This document shows, in pieces, positions 39,701-48,240 of a stretch of 48,240 nt of DNA; the stretch's first letter is position 1; the number at the start of each line of letters is the position of its first letter. A model generated the notes under the pieces. That model was not told where the DNA came from. It searched no databases and saw only the letters and a program-made list of their open reading frames with translations. Source of the stretch: Calditrichaceae bacterium (GTDB lineage Bacteria; Calditrichota; Calditrichia; Calditrichales; JBFXGD01); NCBI GenBank assembly GCA_050173015.1, contig JBFXLE010000028.1, forward strand, positions 1-48,240, given 5' to 3'. The position numbers and the translations under genes are program-made.

Positions 39701-40197
39701 TTGTAACACAATCCGGAGGATACGTAAAGGTCGAAAGCCGGCCTAATGTCGGCTCAACGTTTAATGTTTATCTGCCGTGGATAGGGGAATCGGCGGAAGC
39801 GATTAAGAAGAAATCTGTCATTGATCAGGGCAAACGCGGCGACGAGACTATAATGGTTGTCGAGGATGAAGACGAAGTCAGGAATCTTGTGTGTGAAACG
39901 TTGAGTCTCCACGGATACAAAATTCTTGAAGCATCAAACGGAGGACTCGCGCTGCTGATTTGCGAAAAATATAAGGATCCAATCGATCTTATCCTTACCG
40001 ATGTCGTTATGCCAAAAATGAACGGTTATGAACTTTTGGACAGGCTTCTTCCTATTCATCCAGAAATGAAGAGTATTTTTATGTCCGGATATACGGAAAA
40101 TGAGCATGTACAGAAAAGAAAAAAAGGGAGTGGATTTATTCAAAAACCATTCACCCCGAAAAAACTTCTGCAAATAATCCGCGAGGCGCTGGACTAA
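36703..40197 (+). CDS. Cytoplasmic hybrid sensor histidine kinase (6 PAS + HisKA + HATPase + REC)
   Basis: Six PAS starts (FHVLFE, YELAT, FHSLME, YRALFE, YRILVE, IRAMFN); AGGVAHDFNNLL; NLAVNARDAM, DNGIGM, GTGLGL; REC with LILTDVVMP and KPF; ATG 36703 preferred. Confidence 0.93.
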   Translation: MNDFKKSKKELIAELVELRKRVAGVTVSGPGIKKNGEDEKFHVLFETAQDAIFIMEDGLYVDCNQKALEIFKCTKEQIIASSPEKFSPAIQPDGRESRTSIKKIIKAALSGEPQFFKWQHKKFDQTLFSAEVSIKQFEFSNEIYILAIVRDITEFKKTQDALVESQQRYELATTAAKVGVWDFNPETRNLYIDTHMKHMMGYDDQEISEHMDGWFNLVHPDDKEMVYKAVGAHLNGETDAVEITHRMMHKDGSTRWLLVRGSLVHNLNGDITRMVGTSTDITDNKLAEKIFQEREQLFHSLMETMLDAAIILDWNGIILFANNSAAELIGVKSPEVAYGKNALEFVFEEYHEDLKNHLMMVMNNDGGFLAEYMIKAVDGSTKWVEGLGTKVQFEGMDADFVTIRDITDRRSAEEKLRKSEERYRALFELSPSGIMLEDSNGIIIDANPAVCKSFGSSRKELIGLNVRDIASEGRDIVESNIKNILAGQYLTHEVKNDLKDGTKCILELKEIKIQLPEGKDGILVISDDITERKRVVDDLQESEEKYRILVEQANDGIAIIQNTIAVYVNPRLAVMRGCRVEELVGTSFKNYVHPDELPKIMERYQKRLDGENVPAIYETILQNAKGDNIFVEINVGLMTYQRKPAELVIVRDISQRKAVENALRDSEEKIRAMFNSVADAIVVTDFDGKILQLNDTTLKIYGGNSRDAVIGNNLLDYVLDTEREDALKNMQMTRHSGVRKAIQHHSIRKNGEIFPVELSAAVLRDSSGEPTGFIASIKDISERKQLEEQLFQALKMEAVGRLAGGVAHDFNNLLTIIQGYVDLGFSKITEAEPLFKYLVQIRNATERAESLTRQLLAFGRKQVLQLRVINLNSLIAEMEKMLRRVIPENIELKTKLDSDSGNIKADPAQIERVIINLAVNARDAMLNGGRLVIETRQVEIEHSEEDGLWDIPGGKYILLSVSDNGIGMSKTEMDHVFEPFYTTKDSGQGTGLGLSTVHGIVTQSGGYVKVESRPNVGSTFNVYLPWIGESAEAIKKKSVIDQGKRGDETIMVVEDEDEVRNLVCETLSLHGYKILEASNGGLALLICEKYKDPIDLILTDVVMPKMNGYELLDRLLPIHPEMKSIFMSGYTENEHVQKRKKGSGFIQKPFTPKKLLQIIREALD

Positions 40198-40242
40198 AGG
40201 CGGATTAATGATGGACTAAAGGATTTTATCTAAATAGTATGG

Positions 40243-40271
40243 TTGATTTCATATTTCTTATTTTGTAAATT
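40243..40271 (+). promoter_or_regulatory. Sigma70-type promoter of the tRNA
   Basis: TTGATT-17nt-TAAATT, ending 14 nt upstream of the tRNA. Confidence 0.5.
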
Positions 40272-40285
40272 CGGAAACTTTTGAT

Positions 40286-40369
40286 GCGAAAGTGGTGGAA
40301 TTGGTAGACGCGCTAGGTTCAGGGTCTAGTGTCCGCAAGGACGTGGGGGTTCAAATCCCCCCTTTCGCA
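40286..40369 (+). tRNA. tRNA-Leu(CAG)
   Basis: Acceptor GCGAAAG/CTTTCGC+A; D-loop TTGGTAGAC; anticodon arm CTAGG-TTCAGGG-TCTAG; long variable arm GTCC-GCAA-GGAC; T arm GGGGG-TTCAAAT-CCCCC; CCA not encoded. Confidence 0.97.
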
Positions 40370-40593
40370 CTCTTTTTTACTTTCCCGACAATCTGGACAA
40401 TCCGGCCGGTTTGCTCTCACAAAAAATTCCAAAATTTAAATTAAGTTATCCTTAAAATTCATAAGTTTTTTTTGTATCTTATGTCACCATGAAAATGTTC
40501 ATATAGAAAAATGCCTGATGTGTATGTGGTGATAATTGTTTATCAAAAACGATACATTTAAAATTTTTAACTTCAAGAATTAAGGAGATCATA

Positions 40594-41979
40594 ATGAGAA
40601 AAGAGAAGGACGCGCTTGGTGAAGTTATGGTGCCGGAAGACAAGTATTTCGGCGCGCAAACTCAACGCGCATCAGAAAATTTTAAGATTGGTCAGGAATT
40701 TTTTCCTAAAGAATTTATTCGCGCGCACGCGATTGTTAAAAAAGCGGCGGCCCGCGTGAACGCATCGCTTGGACAGCTTGATAAAAAAATTGCGGATACC
40801 ATCGAAAAAGCGGCGGATGAAGTTATCAAAGGTAAGCTGGACGCCCATTTTCCTCTGGTTATCTGGCAGAGCGGAAGCGCCACGCAGTTCAATATGAATG
40901 TCAATGAAGTGATCGCAAACCGCGCGATCGAAATGCTTGGCGGGAAAATGGGCACAAAAGCTCCTGTACATCCGAATGATCATGTGAATATGGCTCAGTC
41001 AACGAATGATACAATCCCCGTTTCCATGCATGTTTCAACGGTGATCGCAATTAAGGAAAAACTGCTTCCGGAATTAAAATCATTACAGAAGGCGCTGGAA
41101 GCGAAAGCAAAAGCATTTAAAGATATAGTAAAAATCGGCCGGACCCATTTGCAGGACGCGACGCCATTAACTCTTGGCCAGGAATTTTCCGGATATGCCG
41201 CTCAGCTGGAAATGGCCGGCGAGGCAATCGAACACACCCTGCCTCATTTATATGAAATCGCCATTGGCGGAACAGCTGTGGGAACAGGTTTGAATACAAA
41301 AGTTGGATATGACACTAAAATGGCCCAGGAGATCTCAAAAATAACCGGGCATTCGTTTGTGGTCACACGAAATAAATTTGCAGGGCTTGCCGCTCATGAC
41401 GCTATTGTTGAAACCTCCGGAGCTCTGAAAACGCTGGCGGCAGCGATGATGAAAATCGCGAATGATCTTCGCTGGCTTGGAAGCGGTCCGAGAAGCGGAT
41501 TGGGAGAGTTAAATCTGCCTGCAAATGAACCGGGAAGCTCGATTATGCCCGGGAAAGTTAACCCCACACAAAGCGAAATGGTTACCATGGTCGCCTGCCA
41601 GGTAATGGGAAATGACAGTACAATTTCGTTCGCCGGATCTATGGGTAATTTTGAACTAAACGTATTTAAACCTTTAATGGCCTATAATATTATTCAGTCC
41701 GTAAATATTCTTGCCGATGCCTGCGCGTCATTCCGTGAAAACGCCGTAGTTGGTATCGAGCCGAATATGAAAAATATTCAGGCGCATCTTAAAAATTCTT
41801 TAATGCTTGTGACTTCATTGAATCGCCATATTGGTTATGACAAAGCGGCTCAGCTTGCCCTCAAAGCCTGGCGTGAAGATAAGACTCTGAAAGAAGCGGC
41901 TCTGGAACTGGGCTTCCTTACCGAAAAAGAATTTGATGAATGGGTCCGTCCCGAAACAATGATCGGCCCGACTAAATAA
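40594..41979 (+). CDS. fumC: Fumarate hydratase class II
   Basis: [67 protein letters not shown]. Confidence 0.95.
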   Translation: MRKEKDALGEVMVPEDKYFGAQTQRASENFKIGQEFFPKEFIRAHAIVKKAAARVNASLGQLDKKIADTIEKAADEVIKGKLDAHFPLVIWQSGSATQFNMNVNEVIANRAIEMLGGKMGTKAPVHPNDHVNMAQSTNDTIPVSMHVSTVIAIKEKLLPELKSLQKALEAKAKAFKDIVKIGRTHLQDATPLTLGQEFSGYAAQLEMAGEAIEHTLPHLYEIAIGGTAVGTGLNTKVGYDTKMAQEISKITGHSFVVTRNKFAGLAAHDAIVETSGALKTLAAAMMKIANDLRWLGSGPRSGLGELNLPANEPGSSIMPGKVNPTQSEMVTMVACQVMGNDSTISFAGSMGNFELNVFKPLMAYNIIQSVNILADACASFRENAVVGIEPNMKNIQAHLKNSLMLVTSLNRHIGYDKAAQLALKAWREDKTLKEAALELGFLTEKEFDEWVRPETMIGPTK

Positions 41980-41982
41980 CTT

Positions 41983-42024
41983 AAAAGAGGCTGTCACAAT
42001 TGTTTTTGTGACAGCCTCTTTTTT
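41983..42024 (+). terminator. Rho-independent terminator of fumC
   Basis: AAAAGAGGCTGTCACAA / TTGTGACAGCCTCTTTT 17-bp inverted repeat ending in a T-tract. Confidence 0.9.
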
Positions 42025-42110
42025 ATGACCTCGACTTTCAGACAAAAACCGGTTTAAAGTCTCTACGACTGTAGCTATGAGTTGTCAAACTAATCCAGTC
42101 AACTTAATAA

Positions 42111-42130
42111 CCCACGATTTTAATCGTGGG
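42111..42130. repeat. Solitary palindrome resembling REP / IS200-IS605 terminal hairpins
   Basis: CCCACGATT-TT-AATCGTGGG, perfect 9-bp arms, intergenic, no T-tract. Confidence 0.5.
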
Positions 42131-42294
42131 ATTTGCATGACACCAATTTTTTTTGCCTCTTGTATATTTTATCTGCCAAATTAAATCAATATTAGACCGA
42201 AACCGCAGGCGCCTCTACCAAACGGTCGAATTTACTATAGTATATGTAAATCCAGAATTTAAATAATTTCAATAAAAACAACAGGATATAGATT

Positions 42295-42312
42295 TTGGCA
42301 CGTCAATTGAAT
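42295..42312 (+). promoter_or_regulatory. Sigma54 (-24/-12)-like promoter
   Basis: TTGGCACG-tcaa-TTGAAT against consensus TGGCACG-N4-TTGC (GA instead of GC at -12); 50 nt upstream of ATG 42362. Confidence 0.6.
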
Positions 42313-42361
42313 TATTGTTAATCAAATACTGAGACACAAATAATTCAAAAGGAGTTGTCAA

Positions 42362-42862
42362 ATGAAGTACTTATTCACTCTATTCACAGCGTTGGTTTTG
42401 TTTGTTGCTTTTGGAAGCGCGAACGCCCAGGATTCATTGCAGGTAAAAAGTCAATATAAGAATCAGGTTAAAACAAAATCAATGAATCAGGTTAAGACAA
42501 ATACATCGTTACGTTTTGTTGATGAAAACGGAGACGGTTATAATGATAACGCGCCGGATCAGGATGGTGACGGAATTCCTAACGGACAGGATGAAGATTA
42601 TACCGGCTCAAAGATGCGTAACGGAAATTCCTCAAAAGGATTTGTCGATGAAGACGGTGATGGAATAAACGACAACGCATTGGATTCAGACGGTGACGGA
42701 ATACCGAATGGTCAGGATGAAGATTTTGTTCGCCCGCAGGATGGCACGGGTAGCAAATTTCAAAATGGAAGAGGTCAGGGAAGCAAAGGAGCAGGCGTCG
42801 GAACAGGAACTGGAGAATGTGACGGGACCGGTCCAAAAGGATATAAGGGATCACGAAAGTAG
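42362..42862 (+). CDS. Secreted acidic/Gly-rich protein with duplicated DxDGDG Ca-binding-type repeats
   Basis: Signal peptide ending ANAQ; FVDENGDGYNDNAPDQDGDGIPNGQDEDY and FVDEDGDGINDNALDSDGDGIPNGQDEDF; RBS AAGGAG. Confidence 0.8.
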   Translation: MKYLFTLFTALVLFVAFGSANAQDSLQVKSQYKNQVKTKSMNQVKTNTSLRFVDENGDGYNDNAPDQDGDGIPNGQDEDYTGSKMRNGNSSKGFVDEDGDGINDNALDSDGDGIPNGQDEDFVRPQDGTGSKFQNGRGQGSKGAGVGTGTGECDGTGPKGYKGSRK

Positions 42863-42884
42863 TTAAGCCTGCTGACAAAATGAT

Positions 42885-42922
42885 GGCTGCCCTCCCCCCC
42901 TCCGGGCAGCCTTCTTTTTTTT
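42885..42922 (+). terminator. Rho-independent terminator with C-rich loop
   Basis: GGCTGCCC-TCCCCCCCTCC-GGGCAGCC followed by TTCTTTTTTTT. Confidence 0.85.
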
Positions 42923-42943
42923 GAACACTGCCGGAACAAACAC

Positions 42944-43609
42944 CTATTTATACTTTGGATAATATTCAAACAGCTTTATAAGAACAAATCCCGCGACAAA
43001 GCCCCCTATGTGCGCAAACCAGGCGACCCCGCCCGTGTCACCTTCGGACATTTGCATTGTATATCCGTTATACAACTGAATCAAAAACCAGAAGGAAAGC
43101 ACGATGACAGCGGGAATTTTTATAATCCGAATGATTATGATGAAAAAAAACAAGACGGAAATTCGGTTTCTGGGATACTTGATCAGGTAAGCGCCCAAAA
43201 CACCGGAAATCGCGCCGCTGGCGCCAACCATGGGGATCAGAGAGTCAGGATTGAAAATGATCTGCAGCAAAGCCGCGCCTATCCCCGCGATCAGATAGAA
43301 AATAAAATAACGCTTATGTCCGATAGTATATTCAATATTATCGCCAAAGATCCACAAATACAGCATATTGCCCGCAAGATGCATGATTCCGCCATGTACA
43401 AACATGGAAGTAAAAATTTTTAGAAATTCAGAGGGATCAAAGCCATGTTGAGTCAGGTTTGCCGGGATAAGGCCAAAATGAGCATAAAATTGATCCGGAT
43501 CCTGCCCGGTGTAAATCTGAAACGCAAATACAAAGATATTGATGGCAATTATCAGATAGTTAACAAAAGGTATAAATCCTTTAGGATTTTCATCGGAGAT
43601 GGGAATCAA
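42944..43609 (-). CDS. Rhomboid intramembrane serine protease
   Basis: FTSMFVHGG.MHLAGNMLYLWIFGDNIE, GASGAISG (catalytic Ser), AWFAHIGGF (catalytic His); TTG start. Confidence 0.93.
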   Translation of the reverse strand: MIPISDENPKGFIPFVNYLIIAINIFVFAFQIYTGQDPDQFYAHFGLIPANLTQHGFDPSEFLKIFTSMFVHGGIMHLAGNMLYLWIFGDNIEYTIGHKRYFIFYLIAGIGAALLQIIFNPDSLIPMVGASGAISGVLGAYLIKYPRNRISVLFFFIIIIRIIKIPAVIVLSFWFLIQLYNGYTMQMSEGDTGGVAWFAHIGGFVAGFVLIKLFEYYPKYK

Positions 43610-43619
43610 GGATTGCCTT

Positions 43620-45830
43620 TCATAAAATAGTGATGGATACCGTTTTCTCGTTTACATTTCCGGCGAGGTCCTTAACGGTGATCGTGATCAGGTGGCTCCC
43701 TTTGTCGGGATTCCAGTGCGGCACACCGGTGATTATGTCTTTTTCGGGGTCCCATTCAGGGATTATAAAACGTCCGTCCAGAAGAATCCGTATATTTGAT
43801 TCTTTCTTGATGCCGGAAAGATCGTCTTTCGCGTAAAACTGAATTTTATCAAGGCGATTCAGACGGTTCTTGTCTCCGGGATAAATAATCCTCAGCTCGG
43901 GAGCTGTGGTATCGGCCGCCACCAGAAATGTCCCGAGCGCGGATATATCCGCGGAGATTGTATTATTAAGCGTGTCAAAGTATGATCCGGCGAAAGTGAG
44001 CTTGTTTGATTTGTCAATTTCGTAAATCCCCATCCTGGAAATATCCCGGTAAAATGTATCAGGAGCAATCTCCAAAATGACGTTGTCTTTCAGTTTCAAG
44101 TCAAAGGGATCAATTTGATAGACGGAACTGAATACGGGGGCATTTAATAATGAAACGTCTGTCGCTTTTTTCTCCGCTGTTATTAGCAGGGTATCATAAA
44201 GGCTTGATACCCTTGCCCGCAGATTTATACGTTCATCTTTAAACCCGATTTTCTGATCATTGCCGGGTAGCAGCCTTTTTATAATCAATGTGGTGTCGAG
44301 AATTGTCTGTTCATTGTCAAGGAGTCGCACCCGCAAATTTTCTCCGCTAATATCCGCGGCGGGAACAATTTTTTCAAAGTAGCTGCCCCGGATGACAGGT
44401 TGCAGCGTTTCAGAGAATGATTCATTATTAAGGCGCAGCAATAGACCGGGAGAATCCTTTATCTGGTTAAAACGCAACGCAAGATTTTTGCCCATGTTCA
44501 AAACATCAAATAAAATCGCGGAACGGTCCGGGCCATTCATCAGAGTCGTATTTGTAAATTGTTGGTTGTCACGTGTTTTAACAATTGTTTTTAAATAATT
44601 ATCCTGGCCGGAGGGGAGCATGATTTTCAGCAGGGCATCCTGATGAGGATTCGAGTAGGAGCGTTCAAGCATCTCGAAAAATTCGATGTCTTTCCATATC
44701 CGGCCGTCTGAGCTGGCGGTAAATCTCAGTTCTGACAAATTTGATGGAAGCTCTATCCGGAGATAGGCCAGATTGTTTGTTCTGTTTATTAATTTAATCT
44801 TCTGGGGGGCGGCCCCGTCGGGCAGTAATGTTCCTTTGATATAACGGGAATTTCCAAAAAAATCACTGACATCGATCTGAAATTCCACCGGTTCCGTATT
44901 AACTTCAATTGATCCTTCTCCGAGAGACCGGTCGTAAAAATCCAGATCATTAAATGGTTCTATGTACAATTTATGATAGACTTTACCGGTCCTCGCTCTG
45001 AACGGATAATAGATTTCGACATCAATTTGCCCAGTAAGGTCAAAATCCATGCGGTCATAGATCATGCGGAAATAATCGAGGTCATTCACTTTTAATTCAG
45101 TTTTATAAAAAGCAAAGGAATTATGCACTCCGTTCGCCATATCGTATCCTTTGAGAGCGAATCCTACTTTGCCTTTAATGAACATCGGCTCACTAATCTG
45201 ATATTCTCCGTCCCGAATGTAATTAAGATTAAATTCGGCGGGAATAAATGATCCGTTCACGGTGCTTTGCGGGGTCAACGGAATAATAAGTAGTGATTGC
45301 AGCGTCGGGGGGATGTCATCCTGAATGTTATTATAAAATTTCAGCGGATTCAGAGGTCGTTCTCTGCTGTCGCGAATTTCAAAATGCAAATGAGGAACGC
45401 CGATTCCGGTCTGCCCGGTATAACCGAGAATGTCGCCTTTTTTGACAACCCATTTTGACGGCTCCCAGTTGATGGAGTATTTTTCTTTCTCTATTTGGCG
45501 TAATCGAACAGCCTGATCCATCTCAGTAGTAAATTTTTGCAGATGCGCGTACACAGCCACATTTCCGTCTTTGAGCCGCAAATAAACAACCTTACCGTAT
45601 CCGAACGGCGAAACTCTTACACGGACAATTTCGCCGTCTTCGACCGCGTAAATCGCGTATCCTTCACGGTTCCATGTTTTAATGTCAATGGCGGAGTGAT
45701 AATGGCCCGGACGATACTCGCAAAAACTTGATGTGAGATAGTTGCTTGCATTGGTCGGCCAGAGATAATTCTGACTCTGGAGTAAGCCGGGAAAACAGAA
45801 TACTGTCAGGAGGATAATGATTCTAAGCAA
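43620..45830 (-). CDS. M23-family metallopeptidase, exported, with long C-terminal extension
   Basis: Signal peptide; HYHSAID (HxxxD), GYGK, YAHL, PHLHFEIRD (HxH); C-terminal Ig-like DTTAP...VKDLAGN. Confidence 0.88.
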   Translation of the reverse strand: MLRIIILLTVFCFPGLLQSQNYLWPTNASNYLTSSFCEYRPGHYHSAIDIKTWNREGYAIYAVEDGEIVRVRVSPFGYGKVVYLRLKDGNVAVYAHLQKFTTEMDQAVRLRQIEKEKYSINWEPSKWVVKKGDILGYTGQTGIGVPHLHFEIRDSRERPLNPLKFYNNIQDDIPPTLQSLLIIPLTPQSTVNGSFIPAEFNLNYIRDGEYQISEPMFIKGKVGFALKGYDMANGVHNSFAFYKTELKVNDLDYFRMIYDRMDFDLTGQIDVEIYYPFRARTGKVYHKLYIEPFNDLDFYDRSLGEGSIEVNTEPVEFQIDVSDFFGNSRYIKGTLLPDGAAPQKIKLINRTNNLAYLRIELPSNLSELRFTASSDGRIWKDIEFFEMLERSYSNPHQDALLKIMLPSGQDNYLKTIVKTRDNQQFTNTTLMNGPDRSAILFDVLNMGKNLALRFNQIKDSPGLLLRLNNESFSETLQPVIRGSYFEKIVPAADISGENLRVRLLDNEQTILDTTLIIKRLLPGNDQKIGFKDERINLRARVSSLYDTLLITAEKKATDVSLLNAPVFSSVYQIDPFDLKLKDNVILEIAPDTFYRDISRMGIYEIDKSNKLTFAGSYFDTLNNTISADISALGTFLVAADTTAPELRIIYPGDKNRLNRLDKIQFYAKDDLSGIKKESNIRILLDGRFIIPEWDPEKDIITGVPHWNPDKGSHLITITVKDLAGNVNEKTVSITIL

Positions 45831-46020
45831 GATGATTTCCTATGGCGTTTTTCTATCGGTAAACAATTGCGCATTTAATTGACCAGGCTCAATTTACGTT
45901 TAAAAATGAGCGGGAGCAATCAAAGACCGGGAAGGGACGAAGCCTTCTGAGTAAAAATAGAAATTCTCACACAAGGATTTTCGCTAATGCTTCTTCCCTT
46001 AGATATGATGATCTGGTTAC

Positions 46021-48111
46021 TCAGGCCAGAGTAGCTCTCACATCAACAACGACCGGATGTCCGCTTTCACTGTCCCAGATCAGCGGATTGAGATCCATTT
46101 CCGTAATTTCAGGATGTTCTGAAAGCAGCAGTCCAAATCGTTGGATTGCATACGCAAAGGAGTTCAGATCGACAGCGGGATTACCCCGGAATCCATTCAA
46201 CAGCGCCTGGGAACGCAGTTCGGTAATCATTTCTCTGGCTTCAAAGGCGTTGACCGGAGCGATTCTGAAAGATACATCCTTTAATACTTCTACAAAAATA
46301 CCTCCAAAGCCCACCATAAGAACCGGACCGAATACGGGATCTTTTTTACCGCCGATGACCAGTTCAATCCCGCCGGAGAGTTGTTTTTGCGCGAGAAATA
46401 GTGGTTGGGTCCCTGAAGGCAGCAACCGGGATGCTTTTTCCGAGAGCTCTTTATGGGCCTGCTTTAAAAGAGATTCAGAGTCAATATTCAATGCCACGAG
46501 GCCCGCGTCACTTTTATGAATAATTTGCTCATTGGCAATTTTGAGTACTATTTTGCCGGACTGCTGTTCTGAAAATGTAATTAAGTCCTCTATATTTTCA
46601 GTGACCAGATAGGGTGCAACGGCAAGATCGTAATGCGTTAACAGTTCGAATAATTCACCGGTTGACGCCTGTTCTCCGGTATTTGCCAGCAGTGTTTCCT
46701 CCATTTCTGGATGGGCCACTACGGCTTCTGATTTTCGAAACCGCTGTTGAATTTTCGCGTACTGCCGCATGACACCCAGAGATTTAACCGCTGCTTCGGG
46801 GTATGAGAAAACAGGCAGCTGCAATTCTTCAAAAACATCCAAACCGGCGGTTTCATCTTTTGTCGCCATTAAAACCGGGATAATAGTTTTACCGGAATTG
46901 TGTACAAGTGATTTAATATGATCAACGATCATCGCGGGAGTTGCATTTACGGGAGGTTTTACCATGATCAGCACAATACTGTCCACCCCTTCGTCATTAA
47001 GAACAACCTCAAGAACATCATGATATGTCTGATGATTGGCGCTGGCGATCATGTCAATCGGATTCCCTGTTGCAGCTTCCCGCGGAAGAAAAGATTTTAA
47101 TTTGTTAACCGTTTTTTCGCTCAGTACCGCCAGTTTCAAATCTGATTTTTCCAGAGCGTCGCTGGCAAGAATCCCGGGTCCTCCCGCGTTTGTGATGACC
47201 GCAGTACGTGGTCCGGCAGGTAAGGGCTGAAGTGAAAGCGCTCTGGCTGAATCAAAAACATCTTCCAGGGTGTCACACCGGATGACTCCGCACTGTTTCA
47301 GAAAACCATCCACAATATGATCGGGATTGGCAAGCGCGCCTGTATGGGAAGATGCCGCCTTGAGTCCGCTTGCCGTTCTGCCGGATTTTACCGCGAGAAG
47401 GGGCTTAACCGCTGAAATTTTGCTGCAGATTTTCCGAAACGCGGAGGGGTTATCGATACTTTCCAGATAAAATGTGATTACTTTTGTGTTGTTATCATGG
47501 TATAGAAATTCCAGCACATCAGCGTCGGTGATATCTGCTTTGTTCCCGGTACTGACGAATACGGAGAAGCCCAGGTCGGTTCCCGCGGCCAGTTCCAAAA
47601 TTCCGACTCCCAGGGCGCCGCTCTGAGATATAAAAGCCACATGTCCGGGACTCGGGAGAGTGGGAGAAAAAGTTCCGTTAAATGAGATAGCCGGATCGGT
47701 ATTAAACAACCCCATACAGTTGGGTCCTAAAATATTTAAATTGTATTTTTCGGCAATCTCCAGCAGATGTTTTTCACGATCAATCCCTTCACCACCGATT
47801 TCCTTAAATCCGGCGCTTATAACGATTATATTCCGGACACCGGCTTCTCCCAGTTCGGTCATGCTCTCAGGAACAAGCTGATAGGGAAGCAGAATTACAG
47901 CGACATCCGGCTTTTCGGGCAAAGCAGTGATATTGGGAAAGCAGGCTATTCCGCTTATCTGATCGGCTTTCGGGTTGATGAGATATATTTTACCTTTATA
48001 ATGCATTCTTAAAACGGCATCTAAAAACATTTTCCCGAGAGATCCCTCTTTTCGGGAAGCTCCGATAACCACAACAGATTGTGGCCGCAAATATTTTTCC
48101 AATCGAATCAT
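46021..48111 (-). CDS. ADP-forming acetate/acyl-CoA synthetase, fused alpha-beta
   Basis: VIGAS CoA-binding fold, ISAGFKE, LGPNCMG, SQSGALG, SHTGALA (phospho-His), TNAGGPG, NPIDM, HKSDAG, DPVFGP, DLNPL; no GNAT domain. Confidence 0.9.
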   Translation of the reverse strand: MIRLEKYLRPQSVVVIGASRKEGSLGKMFLDAVLRMHYKGKIYLINPKADQISGIACFPNITALPEKPDVAVILLPYQLVPESMTELGEAGVRNIIVISAGFKEIGGEGIDREKHLLEIAEKYNLNILGPNCMGLFNTDPAISFNGTFSPTLPSPGHVAFISQSGALGVGILELAAGTDLGFSVFVSTGNKADITDADVLEFLYHDNNTKVITFYLESIDNPSAFRKICSKISAVKPLLAVKSGRTASGLKAASSHTGALANPDHIVDGFLKQCGVIRCDTLEDVFDSARALSLQPLPAGPRTAVITNAGGPGILASDALEKSDLKLAVLSEKTVNKLKSFLPREAATGNPIDMIASANHQTYHDVLEVVLNDEGVDSIVLIMVKPPVNATPAMIVDHIKSLVHNSGKTIIPVLMATKDETAGLDVFEELQLPVFSYPEAAVKSLGVMRQYAKIQQRFRKSEAVVAHPEMEETLLANTGEQASTGELFELLTHYDLAVAPYLVTENIEDLITFSEQQSGKIVLKIANEQIIHKSDAGLVALNIDSESLLKQAHKELSEKASRLLPSGTQPLFLAQKQLSGGIELVIGGKKDPVFGPVLMVGFGGIFVEVLKDVSFRIAPVNAFEAREMITELRSQALLNGFRGNPAVDLNSFAYAIQRFGLLLSEHPEITEMDLNPLIWDSESGHPVVVDVRATLA

Positions 48112-48240
48112 AATTTCTCCTATGATAAAATCTTTAGTGTTAAGAAGATTTCACTACAAAATTTGGGAAATCTTCAAAGATTAATTTTTCCTTTAACGTC
48201 ATATATATGATATCCAAAAGTTTGCGGGAAGTGGCAATAA

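Noticed and set aside
40190-40222. 11-bp direct repeat TGGACTAAAGG at the kinase stop
   Set aside because: Only two copies, 11 nt apart; not a CRISPR array or a recognisable target-site duplication.
40286-40369. tRNA-Leu as an island integration site
   Set aside because: No integrase and no duplicated tRNA 3' end noticed in the window; fumC follows directly.
42185-42240. Purine riboswitch (TCTACC...ACTA)
   Set aside because: Cannot form P1-P3 or the conserved loops; only a 5-bp inverted repeat is present.
569-48012. Numerous short antisense or alternate-frame ORFs in the track (e.g. 12591..13094, 26089..26496, 43010..43423, 46088..46519)
   Set aside because: They lie within or opposite well-supported genes and show no recognisable motifs; treated as shadow ORFs.
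46021-48111. Protein acetyltransferase PatZ/Pka
   Set aside because: No GNAT domain, and the catalytic His in SHTG is retained, favouring an ADP-forming ligase.

Overview
A 48 kb gene-dense bacterial chromosome segment with about 38 CDS, one tRNA-Leu(CAG), and no CRISPR array, integrase or intact IS. The FlgD/T9SS-type C-terminal sorting domains, a PorT-like barrel and Bacteroidota-type ParE/ParC suggest an FCB-superphylum organism, possibly Calditrichota-like (inference). Layout: (1) 1-5.2 kb, a visibly AT-richer surface-protein cluster with two CTD-bearing secreted proteins, two beta-barrels and a doubly frameshifted lipoprotein; one secreted protein has a Vps62-like domain and its CTD is cut off by an in-frame TAA. 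(2) 5.4-11 kb, envelope and hydrolase genes. (3) 11-19.9 kb, a co-oriented cluster of a 1021-aa STAND-like NTPase with non-canonical Walker motifs, three MscS channels, DUF432, a Ca2+/cation antiporter and an OM barrel; this is the best candidate for an undescribed system. (4) Thioredoxin and a translationally coupled TIGR03546/TIGR03545 pair whose large member looks AsmA-like. (5) udg, a small hypothetical, parC, parE, FAD oxidoreductase, yjbR-like and yggS. (6) S9 peptidase, orphan TorD-like chaperone, nuclease-fused XPD/DinG helicase, 6-PAS hybrid kinase, tRNA-Leu and fumC. (7) A Ca-binding repeat protein behind a sigma54-like promoter, rhomboid, M23 peptidase and ADP-forming acyl-CoA synthetase. 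All calls come from motif recognition by eye; no database searches were run.
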